This document shows positions 1 to 8,399 of a stretch of DNA of 64,000 nucleotides, piece after piece. Where the stretch lies: the NCBI GenBank assembly GCA_032115875.1, contig JAUMBF010000092.1, positions 6,253 through 70,252 on the forward strand, read 5' to 3'. Each line of letters begins with the position of its first letter. The stretch's first letter is position 1. Source of the stretch: Rubrivivax sp. Its GTDB lineage: Bacteria > Pseudomonadota > Gammaproteobacteria > Burkholderiales > Burkholderiaceae_C. The translations under genes and the position numbers were made by a program. A model generated the notes under the pieces. The model saw only the letters and a list, made by a program, of their open reading frames with translations. It was not told where the DNA came from and made no database searches.

Positions 1-2
1 AG

Positions 3-629
3 CGCCTGCACTGGGCCGACGACTTGCGCCACAAGAACGCCCTGCTCGACCACATCCTGACCACGCGCGAGGTCGACCAGGCGCTGGTGTTCACGAGCAC
101 GCAGCGCGACGCCGAGGTGCTGGCCCTGCGCCTGGCCGACATGGGCCACGCCGTCGATGCGCTGCACGGCGGCATGCCGCAGGGCCGCCGCAACCGTGTG
201 CTCGACGGCCTGCGCAGCCGCCGTCTGCGCGTGCTCGTGGCCACCGACGTGGCCGCGCGCGGCATCGACGTCAAGACCATCAGCCACGTCATCAACTACG
301 GCCTGCCGATGAAGGAGGAGGACTACGTCCACCGCATCGGCCGCACCGGCCGCGCCGGCCGCACGGGGCTGGCGGTGACGCTGGCCGAGCGCCGCGACTT
401 CGGCATGGTGCAGCGCATCCAGCGCTTCACCACACAGCGCATCCCGGCGGCCACGATCAGTGGCCTGGAGCCGCGCACGCCCGAGCCCGCACCGCGTGCC
501 AAGCCAGGCTTCGGTGCCAAGCCGGGCGGCTTCGGCGGCAAGCCCGGGCCCAAGCGCTTCGGCAACGGGCCCAAGCCGGGTTACGGCAAGCCGTTCGCCC
601 GCGGCGGCGCGGCCAAGCCGGGGCGCTGA
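3..629 (+). CDS. DEAD-box RNA helicase, C-terminal part (5' end outside window)
   Basis: Helicase motifs LVFT, LHGGMPQ, VLVATDVAARGID, YVHRIGRTGRAG; Gly/Lys/Pro-rich tail; frame open from window edge. Confidence 0.93.
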   Translation, partial: RLHWADDLRHKNALLDHILTTREVDQALVFTSTQRDAEVLALRLADMGHAVDALHGGMPQGRRNRVLDGLRSRRLRVLVATDVAARGIDVKTISHVINYGLPMKEEDYVHRIGRTGRAGRTGLAVTLAERRDFGMVQRIQRFTTQRIPAATISGLEPRTPEPAPRAKPGFGAKPGGFGGKPGPKRFGNGPKPGYGKPFARGGAAKPGR

Positions 630-644
630 GCCCCGGGGCCGTCG

Positions 645-986
645 TCAGACGGCCAAGAGGTCGACCTCGAACACGAGCGTGGCGTTCGGCGGGATCACCC
701 CGCCGGCACCGCGCGCGCCATAGCCCATCTCGGGCGGAATGGTGAGCACGCGCGTGCCGCCGACCTTCATGCCCTGCACGCCTTCGTCCCAGCCGCGGAT
801 CACCTCGCCCTGGCCGAGCCCGAAGCTGAACGGCTGGCCGCGGTCCTTGCTGCTGTCGAACTTGCGGCCTCGCGCGTTGTCGGCCGCCGGGTCGTGCAGC
901 CAGCCGGTGTAGTGCACGCGCACGCGCTGGCCGGCGCGGGCTTCGGCACCGGCGCCAACGACGGTGTCTTCGATCTGCAGGCTCAT
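645..986 (-). CDS. FKBP-type peptidyl-prolyl cis-trans isomerase
   Basis: [44 protein letters not shown]. Confidence 0.95.
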   Translation of the reverse strand: MSLQIEDTVVGAGAEARAGQRVRVHYTGWLHDPAADNARGRKFDSSKDRGQPFSFGLGQGEVIRGWDEGVQGMKVGGTRVLTIPPEMGYGARGAGGVIPPNATLVFEVDLLAV

Positions 987-1897
987 CGGGTTCCTTCCAG
1001 GAGGCAGTGGTCAGGGTTCGCGATGATGCCAGCCCAGGCCGCCACGGCCGCAGCCAGCCAGTCGGGCACGCTGCCCGCGGCCGGCACGCGCAGCCCGAGT
1101 ACGGCCGCCGCGGCAGCGAGCTCGGCCATCGGGTCGCCCGTCGCCAGCGGCGCGGCGCCGTTCTGCTTGCTCAGCTTGTGGCCGTCGGCCGCCCGCACCA
1201 GGGGCGTGTGAAGGTAGCGTGGCGTCGGCAGGCCGAGCGCACGCTGCAGCGCGATCTGGCGCGCCGTGTTGTCGGCCAGATCCTCGCCGCGCACGACGTC
1301 CGTGATGCCCTGTGCAGCGTCGTCCACCACCACGGCCAGCTGATAGGCCCACAGGCCGTCGGCGCGCTTGAGCACGAAGTCACCCACTTCAGCAGTCAGG
1401 TTCTGGCTCTGCAGGCCCAGGCGCCGGTCGGCCCAACCGACGACGCCATCCACGCGCAGCCGCACGGCGCGTGGCCGCTTGCCCTGCAGCCCGGCACGGC
1501 AGGTGCCGGGGTAGACGCGCTCGCCGAAGCGCTGGTGCGGCCTGCCGGCAGCAGCCCATGCGGCCTCGATGTCGGCCCGTGTGCAGCCGCAGTCGTAGGC
1601 TTGGCCCGCGTCGCGCAGCGACTGCAACGCCGCCGCGTAGGCTGCGCTGCGCATGTGCTGCCATTGCACCGGCTCGTCGGGGTGCAGGCCGCAGGCCGCG
1701 AGCTGGCCGAGGATGGCCTCGCCGGCACCGGACACGCAGCGCGGCGTGTCGACGTCCTCGATGCGCACGAGCCAGACGCCGTCGTGCGCGCGCGCATCCA
1801 GCCAGCTCGCCAGCGCCGCCACCAGCGAGCCGGCGTGCAGCAGCCCGGTCGGCGAGGGCGCGAACCGGCCGCGGTAGGGCCTGCGATGACCACTCAC
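983..1897 (-). CDS. gluQ: tRNA glutamyl-Q(34) synthetase GluQRS
   Basis: [42 protein letters not shown]; ~300 aa, lacks anticodon-binding domain. Confidence 0.93.
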   Translation of the reverse strand: MSGHRRPYRGRFAPSPTGLLHAGSLVAALASWLDARAHDGVWLVRIEDVDTPRCVSGAGEAILGQLAACGLHPDEPVQWQHMRSAAYAAALQSLRDAGQAYDCGCTRADIEAAWAAAGRPHQRFGERVYPGTCRAGLQGKRPRAVRLRVDGVVGWADRRLGLQSQNLTAEVGDFVLKRADGLWAYQLAVVVDDAAQGITDVVRGEDLADNTARQIALQRALGLPTPRYLHTPLVRAADGHKLSKQNGAAPLATGDPMAELAAAAAVLGLRVPAAGSVPDWLAAAVAAWAGIIANPDHCLLEGTR

Positions 1898-1910
1898 CGC
1901 GACACCGGGC

Positions 1911-2474
1911 CTACACGCGCCAGACGTGGCGCTCGATCAGCGAGCGCCGCGTGGCCGCGCATTCCAGCCGCTTGAGCCACCACTGAAGCGCGCGGCCCAG
2001 GCCCAGCGCGCTGCGCTCGCTGCGCCAGACGTCATGCATGCGCGCTACCGGGTTGGCGCGCACGGTGGCCTTGCGCACCCGCCGGCCGGACTCGACGAGC
2101 TCGAACACCGTCATGGGGGACAGGATGTCCTCGATGCTGACCGACAGCTCGGTCTCCCAGCCGCCGGTCACGCGTCGCACGCGGCTGGCCACGGCCTGCA
2201 TCTCCTGCAGCAGCCGGCGGCCCTCGTGCAGCAGCTCGCGGCCGGCGTCGGTGAGCTGCGCCTGGCGCGAGCTGCGGTCGAACAGCAGTGCATCCAGGCT
2301 GTCCTCCAGCTGGCGCACGCTGTAGGTCAGGGCCGAGGGCACCTTGCCGAGCTCACGCGCCGCTGCGGCAAAGCTGCCGGTGCGCGCGATGGTGTCCACC
2401 ATCGCCAGCGCCTCGGGCGTGAGCGCCTGGTGGTGCTGCGGGCGGAAGCTGCCGCCAGGGGCCTTGTCGGACAT
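1911..2474 (-). pseudogene. LysR-family regulator (YhaJ-like) with apparent large in-frame internal deletion
   Basis: Intact LysR HTH (GSFAAAARELGKVPSALTYSVRQLE) and C-terminal GRALQWWL motif, but only 187 aa versus ~300 aa typical; divergent from pirin. Confidence 0.6.
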
Positions 2475-2477
2475 GGC

Positions 2478-2492
2478 TTCATCTTATTTGAA
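2478..2492. promoter_or_regulatory. Putative LysR-type operator TTCA-N7-TGAA
   Basis: TTCATCTTATTTGAA inverted repeat (T-N11-A core) between divergent LysR and pirin genes. Confidence 0.6.
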
Positions 2493-2579
2493 CGAGTCCT
2501 TGAAGCCGGCTCACCCGCGGCGCGCTGCACCAGACGCACCATGCGCTTCCGTGGCACAACCCGCGCCCGGAGACACGAC

Positions 2580-3302
2580 ATGCTCACCCTGCGCCGCTCA
2601 GCCGACCGTGGCCACGCCGACCACGGCTGGCTGAAGAGCTTTCGCAGCTTCAGCTTCGCCGACTACTTTGATCCCGCCCACATGGGCGTGGGCAACCTGC
2701 GCGTCATCAACGAAGACCGCATCGCCCCCGGCACCGGCTTCGGCACGCACGGCCACCGCGACATGGAGATCGTCAGCTACGTGCTCGACGGCGCGCTGGC
2801 GCACAAGGACAGCATGGGCAACGGCACGGCCGGCGGCCAGGCAGACGGCGTCATACGCCCCGGCGACGTGCAGCGCATGAGCGCCGGCACGGGCGTGATG
2901 CACAGCGAGTACAACCACCAGAGCGACGGCGCCACGCACTTCCTGCAGATCTGGATCATCCCCAGCCGGCGCGGCATCGCGCCCGGCTACGAGCAGAAGC
3001 ACTTCACGTCCGCGGCCAAACGGGGCCGCCTGGCGCTGGTGGCCTCGCCCGACGGCGCCGAAGGCAGCGTGACGATTCACGCCGACGCGCGCATCCACGC
3101 AGGCCTCTTTGACGGCGACGAACGGGGCGAGCTGGCGCTGGACCCCTCGCGCATCGCCTGCGTGCATGTGGCGCGCGGCACGCTGCGCGCCAACGGCCAC
3201 GCGCTGCAGGCGGGCGACGCGCTGCGCCTGGACGGCGAGCTGGCGCTGGTGCTCGAAGGCGGCAAAGCGGCCGAGGTGCTGGTGTTCGACCTCGCGCCCT
3301 GA
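2580..3302 (+). CDS. Pirin family protein (YhhW/YhaK-like)
   Basis: RGHADHGWL, GFGTHGHRDMEI, MSAGTGVMHSE, FLQIWI; ATG at 2580 after GGAG. Confidence 0.93.
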   Translation: MLTLRRSADRGHADHGWLKSFRSFSFADYFDPAHMGVGNLRVINEDRIAPGTGFGTHGHRDMEIVSYVLDGALAHKDSMGNGTAGGQADGVIRPGDVQRMSAGTGVMHSEYNHQSDGATHFLQIWIIPSRRGIAPGYEQKHFTSAAKRGRLALVASPDGAEGSVTIHADARIHAGLFDGDERGELALDPSRIACVHVARGTLRANGHALQAGDALRLDGELALVLEGGKAAEVLVFDLAP

Positions 3303-3333
3303 CCGGCCGCACGCCGGCTCTGCCGCGGCGTCG

Positions 3334-3552
3334 TCAGCGGGCCGGCGGCTCGGTGCGCAGCAGCACCCAGGCCGCCAGCAGCCCGGCGCCCACGTTCAGC
3401 AGCGCCACCAGGCCCACCACCAGCAGTCCGGCCATGTTCAGCGGCAGCGCGCGCAGCGCCCAGCCGCACACCGAGGACAGCGCGTTGAAGCCGACCATCA
3501 TCCAGAACATCGGGTTGCGCGGCTGCCACAGCCGCTGCCACTGCACCGCCAT
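3334..3552 (-). CDS. Small membrane protein, unknown function
   Basis: 72 aa with two hydrophobic segments; begins 9 bp after methionine synthase stop. Confidence 0.65.
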   Translation of the reverse strand: MAVQWQRLWQPRNPMFWMMVGFNALSSVCGWALRALPLNMAGLLVVGLVALLNVGAGLLAAWVLLRTEPPAR

Positions 3553-3561
3553 GTCGCAGCC

Positions 3562-4623
3562 TCAGGCGGCAACCCGCGCCAGCCGCTCGGTGGCCAGCCG
3601 GGCACCGGCCACCAGGGCCGCCAGCTTGGCCTCGGCCACCTCGCGGCTCATGGGCGCCAAACCACAGTTGGTGCAGGCGATCAGTTTGCCGGCCGGCACG
3701 AAGCGCAGCGCGGCGCCGATGGTGTCGGCCACCTGCTGGGGCGTCTCGACCTCGTCGCTGGCCACGTCGATCACGCCCACCATGACCTCCTTGCCCGCCA
3801 GCAGCGCCATCAGGTCGGGCGGGACGTGCGAGTGGAAACACTCCAGGCTCACCTGGTCGATGCGGCTCTTCGCCAGCGCCGGGAACACGCGCTCGTACTG
3901 GCGCCACTCCTGGCCCAGCGTCTTCTTCCACTGCACGTTGGCCTCGATGCCGTAGCCGTAGCAGATGTGCACCGCCGTCTTGCACGCGCGGCCCCGCTGG
4001 GCCGCGCTCCAGGTGCCCAGGCCCTGCGCCGCGCGCTCCAGTGCCTTCACGCCCCAGTCGGCGGCCTCGTCCATGTAGACGTTGAAGGCCGGCTCGTCGA
4101 ACTGGATCACGTCCACGCCGTCGGCCTCCAGCGCCAGCGCCTCCTGGTTGAGCAGCTCGGCAAAGGCAAAGGCCATCTTCACGCGGTCGCCGTAGAAGCG
4201 GTCGGCCACGGTGTCGCAGATGGTCATGGGCCCGGGCAGCGTGAACTTCACCTGTCGCGTGGTGTGCGCGCGCAGGAAGCGCGCCTCGGTGGCATGCACG
4301 CGGCCACGCAGGGCCAGCGGCGCCACCACCTGCGGCACCATGGCCTTGTAGCGGTCGTTGCGGATGCCCATCTCGACCTTGTGGACGCGGTCGATGCCGT
4401 CCACCTGCTCGAGGAAGCCGTGCACGAAGTGTTGGCGGCTCATCTCGCCGTCACCGATGACGGATAGCCCCGCGTCCTCCTGGGCCTTGATCCACAGCAG
4501 CGTGGCGTCGAGCTTGGCCTGCGCCAGGTCGTCGCCCACGGCCTGCCACTGCGGCCAGAGCTTGCGGGTCTCGGCGAGCCAGGCGGGTTTGGGCAGGCTG
4601 CCGGCGATGGCGGTGTCGAACAT
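3562..4623 (-). CDS. Core (single-barrel) cobalamin-independent methionine synthase, MesD-like
   Basis: AGSLPKP, LPGPMT, QFDEPAF, VHICYGYG, SLEC, TNCG Zn-ligand motifs; 353 aa, no folate-binding N-terminal half. Confidence 0.85.
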   Translation of the reverse strand: MFDTAIAGSLPKPAWLAETRKLWPQWQAVGDDLAQAKLDATLLWIKAQEDAGLSVIGDGEMSRQHFVHGFLEQVDGIDRVHKVEMGIRNDRYKAMVPQVVAPLALRGRVHATEARFLRAHTTRQVKFTLPGPMTICDTVADRFYGDRVKMAFAFAELLNQEALALEADGVDVIQFDEPAFNVYMDEAADWGVKALERAAQGLGTWSAAQRGRACKTAVHICYGYGIEANVQWKKTLGQEWRQYERVFPALAKSRIDQVSLECFHSHVPPDLMALLAGKEVMVGVIDVASDEVETPQQVADTIGAALRFVPAGKLIACTNCGLAPMSREVAEAKLAALVAGARLATERLARVAA

Positions 4624-4659
4624 GGTGGTTGGGCGGTGGGTGGGTGCGGAGCGCGGAGC

Positions 4660-6759
4660 TTAAGGCCGATGTTCAGGCTCACCGCGCGCGTCTTCGATCA
4701 GGCCACGCTGCGCGAGCAGCGGCTCCAGCACGGGCGGCCGGCCGCGAAAAGCCGCGAAAGCCGCATTCGGCTCGACCCCGTTGCCCGCCGCATAGATGTG
4801 GCGCAGCAGCCGCGCCGCGACCTCGGCATCGAAGGGACCGGCGCCTTCGCTGAAGGCACCCCAGCCGTCGGCCTCGAGCACTTCGGCCCACAGGTACACG
4901 TAGTAGCCGGCGGCGTAGCTGCTGCCCGAGAACAGGTGCTGAAAATGCACCAGACGGTGGTTGATGCCGCAGCCCGCGGGCAGCCCGGCCTGGGCCAGGA
5001 AGTCGGTCTCCCAGGCGCAGACGTCGGCCGGCGGTTCGGACAGGTTGCGTGCATGCAGCGCCAGATCGAGCAGGGCGCTGGCGGTGTAGCGCACGGTCTC
5101 GTAGGCCTGGTTGAGGCTCTGCGCGCGCTGCAGCCGGGCGATCAGCGCCTGCGGCATGGGCTCGCCGCTCTGCCAGTGCCGGGCGTGCTCGCGCAACACC
5201 GCCGGCTCGGCGATCCAGTGCTCGAACAGCTGCGACGGCAGCTCGACGAAGTCGCGCAGCACCTGGGTGCCCGACAGGCGCTGGAAGCGCACGTCGGACA
5301 GCAGCCCGTGCAGGCCATGGCCGAACTCGTGGAACAGCGTGCGGGCATCGTCCAGCGACAGCAGCGTCGGGCCGCCCGCCTCGCCGCGCGCGAAGTTGTT
5401 GTTGTTCAAGATGATGGGCGTCTGCGCCAGGCCATCGGCCGTGTTGCGCGCCTGCCAGCGCAGCGCGTTCATCCAGGCGCCGCTGCGCTTGCCCGGCCGC
5501 GCGTAGTTGTCCTGCAGGAACAGCCCCCGCACCGTGCCATCGGTCGCGCGTACCTCGTAGGCGACGACATCGGGGTGGTAGACAGGCAGGTCGTCGCGGC
5601 GCTCGAACCGCAGCCCGAACAGCCGCCCGGCGCAGGCGAACGCTGCCTGCACGACCCGGTCAAGTTCGAAGTAGGGCTTGATCTCGGCATCGTCCACCGC
5701 AAAGCGTTCGCGGCGCAGGCGCTCGGCCCAGAAGCGCCAGTCCCACTCGCGCAGGGGCTGTCCGGCCTGGCCGGGCATCGCGGCATCGCGCAGCGCCTCG
5801 AGCTCGAGGCGATCGGCCTGGGCGCGCGGCACGGCGCGCTGCCACACGGCCTGCAGCAAGGCGTCGACCCGCTCGCGCGTGCCGGCCATGGTGTCGGCGA
5901 GTGCGAAATCGGCATAGCAGGCATGGCCCATCAGGCCGGCCAACTCGTGGCGCAGGCGCAGGATCTCGCGCACCACGGGGCGGTTGTCCCGTTCGCCGTC
6001 GTGCTCGCCGCGGCCGACCCAGGCGCGCCAGACCTGCTCGCGCAGGTCGGCGCGCTCGCTCAAGCTCAGAAACGGCACCACCAGCGAGCGCGCCAGCGTC
6101 ACCACGGCGCCGGGCAACCCGCGCTCCAGCGCCGCCTGGCGCGCTGCCGCGCGCACGTCAGGCGGCAGGCCGGCCATCGCGTCGGCATCGGGCAGCGGCA
6201 GTTGCCAGTCGGCCTCGGCACGCAGCACGTTCTGCGCGAAGCGCGTCTGCAACTCGGCCAGGGCCTGCATCAGCGCGGCGTGGCGCTGGCGCTGCGGCGG
6301 CGGCAGCCGGGCACCGCTGCGCACGCAGTCGAGGTGCTGCCGTTCCAGCAGGCGCAGCGACTCGGGATCCAGGCCCAGCGTGGCGCGGCGCTCATGCAGC
6401 GCATCCAGCCGCGCGAAGAACGCGGCATCGGTGTGGACCGCGCTGTGGTGCGCCGCCAGCGGCGCCGCCATGCGGCGCTGCACCGCCTGCAAGGCGTCTG
6501 ACGTGGCCGAGGCGCACAGCGTGCCGAACAGCGCCTGCAGCCGGCCAAATCGGCGGCCGGCGCGGTCGAAGGCGGCAGAGGTGTTGTCGAAGTCGGCCGG
6601 CTCGGCTTGCTCGCCCAGCGCAGCCACCTCGTCGCGGTGCTCCTGCATCGCCTGGATCAGCGCGGGCTCGAAGTGCGACGGCTCAATCGCGCCGAAGGGC
6701 GGCAGGCCGTGCGGCGCCGTCCAGTTGGCCAGCAGAGGCTGCGCCGCAGCGGCGCTCAC
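4660..6759 (-). CDS. dcp: M3 family metallopeptidase (peptidyl-dipeptidase Dcp-like)
   Basis: TLFHEFGHGLH, DFVELPSQLFE, YAAGYYVYLWAEVL, KRSGAWM. Confidence 0.9.
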   Translation of the reverse strand: MSAAAAQPLLANWTAPHGLPPFGAIEPSHFEPALIQAMQEHRDEVAALGEQAEPADFDNTSAAFDRAGRRFGRLQALFGTLCASATSDALQAVQRRMAAPLAAHHSAVHTDAAFFARLDALHERRATLGLDPESLRLLERQHLDCVRSGARLPPPQRQRHAALMQALAELQTRFAQNVLRAEADWQLPLPDADAMAGLPPDVRAAARQAALERGLPGAVVTLARSLVVPFLSLSERADLREQVWRAWVGRGEHDGERDNRPVVREILRLRHELAGLMGHACYADFALADTMAGTRERVDALLQAVWQRAVPRAQADRLELEALRDAAMPGQAGQPLREWDWRFWAERLRRERFAVDDAEIKPYFELDRVVQAAFACAGRLFGLRFERRDDLPVYHPDVVAYEVRATDGTVRGLFLQDNYARPGKRSGAWMNALRWQARNTADGLAQTPIILNNNNFARGEAGGPTLLSLDDARTLFHEFGHGLHGLLSDVRFQRLSGTQVLRDFVELPSQLFEHWIAEPAVLREHARHWQSGEPMPQALIARLQRAQSLNQAYETVRYTASALLDLALHARNLSEPPADVCAWETDFLAQAGLPAGCGINHRLVHFQHLFSGSSYAAGYYVYLWAEVLEADGWGAFSEGAGPFDAEVAARLLRHIYAAGNGVEPNAAFAAFRGRPPVLEPLLAQRGLIEDARGEPEHRP

Positions 6760-7511
6760 CGGCCAGCCCTGATGGCGATCTCGTCGTCCTCGCGGTAGCG
6801 TCGGTCGGCACAGCTGGTCACCCAGCCTTTGCGCTCTTCCTCAAGCTTGGCGCTGGTTTGGTTCCACCCGTTGTTGCGCTGGTTCCAGTCGGCGATCGCA
6901 GCTTCGAGCTGCCGGGCCTTGGCGTTGAACGCGACGACGATCCTCTCGTTGTCAGCCGTGATGCTGCCTCGTTCGGCTTCCAGCTCCGTCTGGGCCTTCT
7001 GAAGCGCCTCGCGCTCGGTGTTCAGGCGCAGGCGTTCGCGCTCGCCGGCCGGCCCCGTGGGCGAACGGGCGTTGAAGGCCTCGATGTCGCGGTTCCAGGT
7101 TGCCACGCGCGCCGAGTGCGCCTCCATGCGGCCGCGAAGCTCGGCCGCGCGCGCGGCCACGGCATCGACCTGCGCGCGCTCGGCACGCAGCGCCCCCTGC
7201 TGCGCCGCGATGCCCTCGCGCTCGCGATCGAGCGGCGCGCGCGCCTGCTGGTGCTCGGCCATGCGCAGCCGCATCGACTCCTCCTGGCCGAGGCATGCGC
7301 GCAGTTCATCGCGCGTCAGGATGGGCTGGCGCGAGGCCGTGCCGGTGCCGCCGCTGAGCGTGGCCGTGCGATCGCCTGCGGGCGCCGCCGGGCTGGCCGC
7401 CGGTCGTGCGGGGGCGGGCTTGGCGGCGGGTTTCGGGGACGTCTGGGCCACGGCCGGCGCCAAGGGCAGAGCGGCACTGGCCAGCAACAGCAGCAACGGT
7501 GTGAGCTTCAT
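6756..7511 (-). CDS. Exported coiled-coil hypothetical protein
   Basis: Signal peptide MKLTPLLLLLASAALPLAPAVA-Q, Pro/Ala linker, long heptad-rich region flanked by two Cys; GTGA overlap with dcp. Confidence 0.75.
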   Translation of the reverse strand: MKLTPLLLLLASAALPLAPAVAQTSPKPAAKPAPARPAASPAAPAGDRTATLSGGTGTASRQPILTRDELRACLGQEESMRLRMAEHQQARAPLDREREGIAAQQGALRAERAQVDAVAARAAELRGRMEAHSARVATWNRDIEAFNARSPTGPAGERERLRLNTEREALQKAQTELEAERGSITADNERIVVAFNAKARQLEAAIADWNQRNNGWNQTSAKLEEERKGWVTSCADRRYREDDEIAIRAGR

Positions 7512-7839
7512 CTTGGGCACTGCCTCAGGGTCAGTCGGTCCGGACGGGCGCGGATTCTGCCACCCTCGCCGTCGTGGCGCGGGCCGCCGACACTTGGGCG
7601 CCACGCGCGCGCCGCCAGAGACATGCGATGTTGAAGACCCTGCTGAAAGCCTTGTTCACACCAACGTGAAGGCCCTCGTCGAAGGACGTTGATCGACGCG
7701 AACCCCCGCCGAGCAGCTGTCGACGATCCCGCGCGGGCCTGCCGAGCAGCCTCGGCAGCGAGCTGTGGCACAGTGCCGGACCGCGCCGCACCCCGCGGCC
7801 TGGAGACTGCCCACCGATGCCCCGCACGATTGCCGCCCC

Positions 7840-8397
7840 ATGGCGCTGAAGTCCACCGTCTACAAGGCCGCGGTGCAGGTGGCCGACATGGACCGCAACG
7901 TCTACGCGACGCATGCGCTGACGCTCGCGCTGCACCCCTCCGAGACCGAAGAACGCCTGATGGTGCGTGTACTGGCCCATGCCTTGCTGGCCGACGCCTC
8001 GGAAGGCGCCGACGCGCTGCAGGCCGCGCGCGGCTTGTCCGACGCCGACGAGCCCGACCTCTGGCAGCACGACCTCTCCGGCCGCCTGCTGCGCTGGGTG
8101 GAGGTGGGACAGCCCGACGAACGCCGCCTGGCAAAGGCCTGTGGCCGGGCCGACCGCGTCTGCGTCTTCGCCTACGCCAGCAGTGTGCCGGTGTGGTGGG
8201 CGGCGCTGCGCGGCAAGGTCGCACGACTGACCAACCTGGCTGTCTGGCAGCTGCCCGCCGTGCAGAGCCAGGCCCTGGCCGGCCTGGCGCAGCGTTCGAT
8301 GCAGTTGCAGGTGACGGTGCAAGACGGCCTGGTCTGGGTGGCCGACGGCACGCAATCGGTCGAACTGCAGCCCCAGGCTCTCTGGCCGGCGACCTGA
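7840..8397 (+). CDS. yaeQ: YaeQ family protein
   Basis: MALKSTVYKA, HPSETEERLMVR, GLSDADEPDLW, WVEVGQPDE. Confidence 0.92.
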   Translation: MALKSTVYKAAVQVADMDRNVYATHALTLALHPSETEERLMVRVLAHALLADASEGADALQAARGLSDADEPDLWQHDLSGRLLRWVEVGQPDERRLAKACGRADRVCVFAYASSVPVWWAALRGKVARLTNLAVWQLPAVQSQALAGLAQRSMQLQVTVQDGLVWVADGTQSVELQPQALWPAT

Positions 8398-8399
8398 CG

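Noticed and set aside
490-629. KPG(F/G)G repeats at the helicase C-terminus
   Set aside because: Ordinary low-complexity basic tail of DEAD-box helicases.
7628-7669. 13-codon ORF MLKTLLKALFTPT upstream of yaeQ
   Set aside because: Too short to support; may be chance or a gene remnant.
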